A model generated the notes under the pieces. That model worked only from the letters and a program-made list of their open reading frames with translations. It had not been told where the DNA came from and did not search any database. Both the position numbers and the translations under genes were made by a program. Positions 62,931 to 64,000 of a DNA stretch of 64,000 nt are shown piece by piece (position 1 is the first letter of the stretch; each line of letters starts with the position of its first letter). The stretch spans positions 2,303-66,302 of the forward strand of contig CAZNRH010000003.1 of assembly GCA_964575755.1 (NCBI GenBank). The letters run 5' to 3'. The stretch comes from an uncultured Candidatus Saccharibacteria bacterium (GTDB taxonomy: Bacteria; Patescibacteriota; Minisyncoccia; Phycocordibacterales; JABMNX01).

Positions 62931-64000
62931 CTACTCGAAATGTAGCACATTTTGCTTATGTTTAACAACACTTGCTAATTCTGGGTGCTTTTTGAGTGTC
63001 GCGTCTTTTTTAATCAGGTTTTCTGCTTCATTTCGTGCAGCTTCTACCATTTTTACATTTTTAATAGCTTCCATGCCGAGGTCTGTTAAGCCCCATTGCT
63101 TCTTTCCATACAATTCTCCAGACCCACGTAGTGTTAGGTCAAACTCTGCGAGTTCGAAACCATTCTTTGCTGTTTTTATAGCTTTGAGTCTCTCGGTTGT
63201 TTGTTTGCTCTTGCTGTCAGAGAATATAAAACAATATGCTTGGTGATTGCTTCGTATAACACGACCACGGAGTTGGTGAAGTTGGGCTAGTCCAAAGCGT
63301 TCAGCACCTTCGATAACAATCATTGTTGCATTAGGTACATTTACTCCCACTTCAACTACTGAAGTAGCGACAAGTATGTCAGTTTCTCCTTTTTCAAATC
63401 TCTCCATAGCATCTCCCTTGTCTTTCGGTGTCATTTTGCTGTGCAGAATATCAATTTCAAACTCTGAAAATATTTCTTCCTTAAGACGTTTAGCTTCTGC
63501 TGTGACAGAAGTCACATTAAGAGCAAGAGCTTTCTTAGGATCTGGTTCGTTAATACGTGGACATATTACATAAGACTGCCGTCCGCCTTTAATCTCTTTT
63601 CGTATATGTTCATACGTTTTCTTTCGTTCTATTGGTAAAACAATCTCTGTGATGATAGGTTTTCGCCCGTGTGGCATCTGGTCAAGAAGCGTTAAGTCGA
63701 GGTCTCCGTATATAGTGAGTGCGAGTGTACGAGGTATTGGGGTAGCTGTCATAGAGAGAAGGTGAGGAGCAAACTCGTCTTTACGTGCAAGCTTTTGTCG
63801 TTGAAGCGTACCAAAACGATGTTGTTCGTCGATAATTATATACGCAAGATTTTGAAACTCAACAGATTTTTGAATAAGAGAGTGTGTACCGATAACTATG
63901 GAAATCTCACCACTTTTAACCCACTTTAAGAGCTGTGCTCTTGAAATATTTGTAGACTCACCTTTGTTTACTTTAGAAGGGAATTTATTACAACCACTTG
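62931..64000 (-). CDS. recG: ATP-dependent DNA helicase RecG (3' portion; the gene continues past the window end)
   Basis: DEQHRFG (DEAH-type box II), SATPIPRTL, and the helicase C motifs QLHQLRGRVIR. The frame stays open beyond 63752 to position 64000. Confidence 0.8.
   Translation of the reverse strand, partial: SGCNKFPSKVNKGESTNISRAQLLKWVKSGEISIVIGTHSLIQKSVEFQNLAYIIIDEQHRFGTLQRQKLARKDEFAPHLLSMTATPIPRTLALTIYGDLDLTLLDQMPHGRKPIITEIVLPIERKKTYEHIRKEIKGGRQSYVICPRINEPDPKKALALNVTSVTAEAKRLKEEIFSEFEIDILHSKMTPKDKGDAMERFEKGETDILVATSVVEVGVNVPNATMIVIEGAERFGLAQLHQLRGRVIRSNHQAYCFIFSDSKSKQTTERLKAIKTAKNGFELAEFDLTLRGSGELYGKKQWGLTDLGMEAIKNVKMVEAARNEAENLIKKDATLKKHPELASVVKHKQNVLHFE

Overview
This is a low-GC (roughly 38%), gene-dense bacterial segment with a streamlined, Patescibacteria/CPR-like gene content. 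The CPR call is an inference from three things: no rpmD (L30) between rpsE and rplO, Lys-rich extensions on several r-proteins, and fermentative phosphoketolase/acetate-kinase metabolism.

Left to right the window holds:
- a type IV pilus module: pilB, pilC, a canonical prepilin and two large pilin-like proteins;
- tpiA and pgk, each preceded by a near-identical ~123-nt structured leader;
- HIT hydrolase, recJ, a YerC/TrpR-like regulator bracketed by two identical palindromes, and rnhA;
- a split ComEC, with the channel and metallo-beta-lactamase domains as separate genes flanking sodA;
- rpmB and an M50 protease;
- a fused str/S10/spc ribosomal super-operon (rpsL, rpsG, fusA, tuf, rpsJ through rplO, secY, adk, map) interrupted by several lineage-specific small genes that have their own terminators;
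- ndk, a beta-CASP MBL nuclease, rplT-rpmI-infC and an AI-2E permease;
- ackA with xfp phosphoketolase, a decayed IS remnant and an HI0933-type flavoprotein;
- an F1Fo ATP synthase operon led by an XRE regulator and lacking a recognisable delta subunit;
- a GC-rich structured block of unknown identity;
- tmRNA (ssrA), an acidic small protein and smpB;
- a frameshifted patatin gene, ftsH, tRNA-Ile(UAU) and the 3' part of recG.

The most unusual non-coding signals are:
- the duplicated leader upstream of tpiA and pgk;
- a tandem array of 48-nt hairpin repeats between pilin genes;
- a 118-nt nested-hairpin element with 15-bp terminal inverted repeats inside the spc operon;
- a duplication of the fusA 3' end that differs from the original only at synonymous sites;
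- two recurring palindromic terminator families.

No CRISPR array and no rRNA were seen.
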